This document shows, piece after piece, positions 59,573 through 64,000 of a stretch of DNA of 64,000 bases (position 1 is its first letter; each line of letters opens with the position of its first letter). Location of the stretch: assembly GCA_965262455.1 (NCBI GenBank), contig CBDHFH010000003.1:242737-306736 (forward strand), in the 5' to 3' direction. The notes beneath the pieces are model-generated. The model did not search any database. It was given only the letters and a program-made list of their open reading frames with translations, and was not told the DNA's origin. Source of the stretch: Gammaproteobacteria bacterium. GTDB lineage: Bacteria; Pseudomonadota; Gammaproteobacteria; UBA4575. A program made the translations under genes and the position numbers.

Positions 59573-60652
59573 GTGATGGCTCAATCTCCCCCACAAACTC
59601 AAGCAAATGCAGATAACACACCGCTAGAACCTGGTTTCTTACCTGACTTTTGTAATGCGCGAGTTATTTTCTTAGTAATACTAGGCGCTATTCTACTGGC
59701 CTTTGTATTATCACTCGCATCGATGCGCGATGGTGAAGACTATTGGGTGAGTCTATCCATGATTGCATTGTTCATCGTGTGGATCGCATTTGGCAATATA
59801 CTGGTGTTATGCGTGAGCCGTCGTTTTCTGCATCGTCTAAGCCCCATCGTAGCTGCGTTTTCTAGTTATGGTATGAGTTTGTTAGTTACCATTGTGGTAT
59901 CAATCCTGGCCCTGGTGACGACACCGCAAGAAACCAGCCCGCTCGCAACAGGCGAATCGTTATTTATGAATGGCTTCTTACTGAGAAATCTCGCCATCAG
60001 CGCCATTGTCAGTGCAGTAGCCTTGCGCTATTTCTATGTGCAACACCAATGGAAGTCGAATATACAAACTGAAGCGCGTTCCCGCATTCAGGCGTTGCAA
60101 GCACGAATTCGCCCGCACTTCTTATTTAATAGCATGAATACCATTGCCAGTCTGACACAAACGAATCCCATGAAAGCAGAGAAAGCGGTGCTGGATTTGG
60201 CAGACTTATTTCGTGCCTCACTCGGCCACCAGGATAAGGTCACTTTGCGAGAAGAGCTTGATTTTACAAAGCGTTACATTAATATCGAGGAGTTGCGGCT
60301 GGGTGACCGTTTAAAAGTGGAATTGCACTTGCAAGATAACATCAGTTTAAGCACACTCATACCCGCATTAATCTTGCAACCTTTGGTAGAAAATGCGATA
60401 TACCATGGTGTTGAGCCGCTGACAGATGGGGGGACCGTCCGAATTGAGATTCAAAGCACAGCTCGCGAGTTACAACTTACCATCACGAATCCAAAACCTC
60501 TGGAACGTGATCCACTGAGATCCGGCAATAAGATGGCTCAAGACAACATACGACAACGATTGCAACTTGCGTATGGCGATCAATCGAAAATGAAAATAAG
60601 AGAATCAGACGAAGATTATTCCGTTAGTTTTCATATACCTATAGAAGCATAA
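59573..60652 (+). CDS. algZ: LytS-type sensor AlgZ/FimS
   Basis: LPDFC, LQARIRPHFLFNSMN, LQPLVENAIYHG; argH-algZ-algR-hemC synteny. Confidence 0.88.
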   Translation: MMAQSPPQTQANADNTPLEPGFLPDFCNARVIFLVILGAILLAFVLSLASMRDGEDYWVSLSMIALFIVWIAFGNILVLCVSRRFLHRLSPIVAAFSSYGMSLLVTIVVSILALVTTPQETSPLATGESLFMNGFLLRNLAISAIVSAVALRYFYVQHQWKSNIQTEARSRIQALQARIRPHFLFNSMNTIASLTQTNPMKAEKAVLDLADLFRASLGHQDKVTLREELDFTKRYINIEELRLGDRLKVELHLQDNISLSTLIPALILQPLVENAIYHGVEPLTDGGTVRIEIQSTARELQLTITNPKPLERDPLRSGNKMAQDNIRQRLQLAYGDQSKMKIRESDEDYSVSFHIPIEA

Positions 60653-60677
60653 CTAAGGCGTAAAAAGAGGCATATAC

Positions 60678-61409
60678 ATGAAAGTTTTAATTGTGGATGA
60701 TGAAGCACCAGCACGTGACCGATTAATTCATATGGTTTCTTCAATCGATAGCATGGAAACCAGCGGCCAAGCATCCAACGGGCTCGAAGCCGTACGTATG
60801 GTGCAGGATTCCCACCCAGATGTGGTATTGATGGATATCAGGATGCCCGGTATGGATGGCCTTGAAGCGGCGCGCCACCTTAGTGAAATGGACGAACCGC
60901 CTGCAATTATCTTCACGACAGCTTACAGTGAACATGCATTAGAGGCTTATGATGCCAATGCGGTCGACTATCTGGTCAAACCAATTCGCCAAGAAAAACT
61001 AGAAAAATCACTGGCTAAAGCAAGAAAATTAACCAAAGCACAAATTGCTGCACTTAATATTGAAACCAACAATACGGGTCGAAGCCACATTTGTGCGCGT
61101 ATTCGTGGCAATTTAGAGCTTATACCCGTGGACGAGATTGTCTATTTCCAGGCCGATCAAAAATACATCACCGTGCGCCATCTCGGCGGCGAAGTACTAA
61201 TTGAAGATGCCTTAAAAAATCTGGAAACAGAATTCGAAGATCGTTTAATTCGTATTCACCGTAATGCGTTGGTAAGCACTAACTACATCACTGGCATGGA
61301 AAAAAATATCGATGGCCGTTTTGTAGTGACCTTCAAAGAGATAGACGACAAACTCGAAATCAGCCGCCGACATGTGGCTGAAGTGCGCAAGTTCTTAAAA
61401 TTCAGATAA
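60678..61409 (+). CDS. algR: LytTR response regulator AlgR
   Basis: Receiver domain (DDE, DIRMPG, KP) plus LytTR (ADQKY, RIHRNALV, ISRR). Confidence 0.9.
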   Translation: MKVLIVDDEAPARDRLIHMVSSIDSMETSGQASNGLEAVRMVQDSHPDVVLMDIRMPGMDGLEAARHLSEMDEPPAIIFTTAYSEHALEAYDANAVDYLVKPIRQEKLEKSLAKARKLTKAQIAALNIETNNTGRSHICARIRGNLELIPVDEIVYFQADQKYITVRHLGGEVLIEDALKNLETEFEDRLIRIHRNALVSTNYITGMEKNIDGRFVVTFKEIDDKLEISRRHVAEVRKFLKFR

Positions 61410-61433
61410 TCACGTCTGACCAACTGATCACCC

Positions 61434-62360
61434 ATGTCACGCATTCGAATCGCAACGCGTGAGAGCCAACTCGCCTTATGGCAGGCGCATGAAGTCTCTC
61501 GCCTGCTGGCCAAACATCATCCACACTGCGACGTTGAAATAATAGGCATGACAACGCAAGGTGATCAATTCCTGCAAGCCTCGTTAGCATCAGCTGGCGG
61601 CAAAGGCTTGTTTGTAAAAGAACTTGAGCAGTGCTTACTTAACAATGATGCTGATATTGCCGTGCACTCAATGAAAGACGTGCCCTATCAGTTACCACCC
61701 TCTCTCGGCATACACGCAATACTTGAACGCGAAGATCCACGCGATGCATTTGTTTCAAATAATTACACCCGACTGGCAGATCTACCCAGCAACGCAGTAG
61801 TCGGTACTTCGAGTACACGCCGGGAATGCCAATTACGTGCGCAACGACCAGACTTAACCATCATGCCGCTGCGTGGCAATGTCAACACACGGCTGAGAAA
61901 ATTAGATGATGGCGAATACGATGCCATCATCCTGGCATGCGCCGGATTGAAAAGGTTAGGCTTCGAGGCGCGCATTGCCGATTACATTGATATCGACAAT
62001 TCAGTGCCCGCCATTGGCCAAGGTGCGATTGGTATTGAGTGCCGTGACGACGACGCCAACACCCGTGCATTGTTGCTGCCGTTACATCATGAAACCACAG
62101 CTGTGTCAGTTTCTGCAGAACGTCAAGTCAGTACCGCGCTCGCCGCCAATTGCCATTTACCGATTGCCGCACATGCGCAACAAGCAGGAGATACTATCGC
62201 CCTGAAAGCACTTGTTGGTATGCCAGATGGAAGTAAAATGCTGCACGCCGATGCCACTGGACCCGTGAGTGATACGCTGCAAATCACTCAAGACGTTATT
62301 CGCCATCTTTTTGATCAGGGTGCGGCAGAGTTAATTCAATCACTCAACCAAGATCATTAA
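61434..62360 (+). CDS. hemC: Hydroxymethylbilane synthase
   Basis: IATRESQLALWQ, GGKGLFVKELE, VHSMKD, LRGNVNTRL. Confidence 0.97.
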   Translation: MSRIRIATRESQLALWQAHEVSRLLAKHHPHCDVEIIGMTTQGDQFLQASLASAGGKGLFVKELEQCLLNNDADIAVHSMKDVPYQLPPSLGIHAILEREDPRDAFVSNNYTRLADLPSNAVVGTSSTRRECQLRAQRPDLTIMPLRGNVNTRLRKLDDGEYDAIILACAGLKRLGFEARIADYIDIDNSVPAIGQGAIGIECRDDDANTRALLLPLHHETTAVSVSAERQVSTALAANCHLPIAAHAQQAGDTIALKALVGMPDGSKMLHADATGPVSDTLQITQDVIRHLFDQGAAELIQSLNQDH

Positions 62361-62361
62361 C

Positions 62362-63138
62362 GTGCCACACACGTTACCCCTGCAAAACACCGCAATTGTT
62401 GTCACCCGCCCAAGTCATCAGAGCCGGAAAATTTGTCAACAACTGTCAGACTTTGGTGCAACGACTATTCCTTTCCCCTGTATTGAAATTCACTCTAACC
62501 CGCAAATCAATGCTACAGCTATTCATCAACAATTAATGCATTGCCAGATACTGGTATTTGTCAGTAGTAATGCAGTTGATCAGTTGTTTTCACTGGTACC
62601 AAATTTACAAGATATTGTGCCAGAAACATGTTTAATTTGTGCGCTTGGCTCTGCCACTGCTAGCAGCTTGCACCAATTTGGTATTCAGCAAGTGGAGCAA
62701 CCATCATCCGGATATGACAGTGAGCAGCTACTAAAACACCCTAAGCTACAAAATATTGATAAAAAAATGACATTAATCATAAAAGGGGTGGGTGGGCGTG
62801 AATTACTGTACGAGACATTTCAAGATCGCGGTGCGGAGGTTCATAATCTAGAAGTTTATCAGCGTCGGCTACCGGAACCAGTTGATATAAAGCCACTAAC
62901 GAATAAAATTGACTTGATACTGTTTACCAGTAGCGAGACTGTGAATAATTTCCTCACCATAACCCCTGGAAGTTTGCAAAAATCCTTGCTTGGTTGCCAA
63001 ACTTTGGTTGGGCACCCACGCATTGCTGAGAAAGTATCATCTCTTGGATTTAAAAAATTGCCTATAATAGCCGCGACCCCATCTGATGCCGATATGCTGG
63101 ATGCTGCGCTGCAGTGGGCCCAAAACGACAAGAAATAA
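62362..63138 (+). CDS. hemD: Uroporphyrinogen-III synthase
   Basis: VTRP, FVSSNAV, DSE.LL, GGRELL, VYQR. Confidence 0.92.
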   Translation: MPHTLPLQNTAIVVTRPSHQSRKICQQLSDFGATTIPFPCIEIHSNPQINATAIHQQLMHCQILVFVSSNAVDQLFSLVPNLQDIVPETCLICALGSATASSLHQFGIQQVEQPSSGYDSEQLLKHPKLQNIDKKMTLIIKGVGGRELLYETFQDRGAEVHNLEVYQRRLPEPVDIKPLTNKIDLILFTSSETVNNFLTITPGSLQKSLLGCQTLVGHPRIAEKVSSLGFKKLPIIAATPSDADMLDAALQWAQNDKK

Positions 63139-63181
63139 CCATTAGCCAGACAAAAATAAGTATAACTACAGTGACAGTAAT

Positions 63182-64000
63182 ATGAACGGTGAAAAAACAA
63201 CGAATACCCCGGGTGATAGCGATCCTAAATCAACCAAGCCCGCACCAAAGCCCCAGCAACCATCACAAAAAAAGCCGACGGCGAATACCAATAAGCAAAA
63301 ATCCGGCAATGGCGTGCTAGGTTTTTTTGTATTTTTAACTTTCTTATTAGCGGTCGCAGGAATTGGTGCTGGTTATTATGTCTGGCAACAAGTTCAGCAA
63401 CAAATGCTGGCTGCAGAGGTGGAGCGTCAAGCGCTTGAACATGCGCTCAGCACGCTTGATGAAAACCCGCGCATACAAAAATTTAGTCACTCATTTAATA
63501 ACAAGCTAGACGATACTAATTCTAAAGTTGAAATACTCGGTAAAGATCTAACTTCATTGATTGAAGGTCAACAGCGCATAGCAACTGTTGTCGAAGACAA
63601 CAGTTCTATCCTAGGCCGTAGTCAAGCCGGCTGGATGTTAAAAGAGATCGAACATGTATTACGAATGTCACAACATCGCTTGTTACTCGATCGTGATTTC
63701 GATGGTGCACTAGCAGGCCTGCAAGCCGCGGATGAACGTCTGAATGATATTAATGATGCAAGATTAATTCCTATTCGACAATCAATTGCCAAACAATCGC
63801 GCACCTTAAAGCAATTCCCACACCCCGATTACACCGGTATACAGCTCACGCTCGACAATACTATTGCCGAGCTAAAAAATGGATTACTTAAAGAAAGTAA
63901 TCCAGCGCAAGAAGTAACAACTGCCAATGAAGTAGCAAGCGAAAAAGAAGATCCTGCTGATGAACCATTGGGAATGCCTAAGTCATTTGATGCGCAGCAG
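63182..64000 (+). CDS. hemX: HemX family membrane protein, partial (runs off window end)
   Basis: Manual translation from ATG 63182: P/K-rich tail, TM helix (FFVFLTFLLAVAGIGAGYYVW), coiled coil, WMLKEIEHVLRMSQHRLLLDRDFDGALAGLQAADERL; follows hemD. Confidence 0.88.
   Translation, partial: MNGEKTTNTPGDSDPKSTKPAPKPQQPSQKKPTANTNKQKSGNGVLGFFVFLTFLLAVAGIGAGYYVWQQVQQQMLAAEVERQALEHALSTLDENPRIQKFSHSFNNKLDDTNSKVEILGKDLTSLIEGQQRIATVVEDNSSILGRSQAGWMLKEIEHVLRMSQHRLLLDRDFDGALAGLQAADERLNDINDARLIPIRQSIAKQSRTLKQFPHPDYTGIQLTLDNTIAELKNGLLKESNPAQEVTTANEVASEKEDPADEPLGMPKSFDAQQ

Overview
About 64 kb of core chromosome from a low-to-moderate GC gammaproteobacterium. The gene order resembles Pseudomonas/Xanthomonas/Chromatiales (dapF-DUF484-xerC-hslVU-DUF971-ubiE-ubiJ-ubiB-uvrD; argH/algZ-algR-hemCDX; polA-engB-cytc4-dsbA; yicC-rph-rdgB-hemW; priA-argS-SPOR). 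About 70 CDS, nearly all housekeeping. I found no rRNA, tRNA, CRISPR array, transposase, prophage or defence island. The notable signals are non-coding: (1) two separate three-DnaA-box cassettes with the same geometry, resembling the DARS core, upstream of rpmE and priA, each with an IHF-like site; (2) a probable sigmaE-driven sRNA with C-rich loops downstream of polA, the locus of Spot42/ErsA/sX13 in other genera; (3) an unassigned ~110 nt structured RNA candidate downstream of dsbA; (4) four matching sigmaE promoters, tandem sigma32 promoters at hsp20, and an NtrC/IHF/sigma54 promoter for a TorF-like porin-glnK-amtB operon. Two genes (TorF-like porin, comM) carry +1 homopolymer frameshifts, probably assembly errors. 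All product calls come from motif recognition and synteny, not from database searches.
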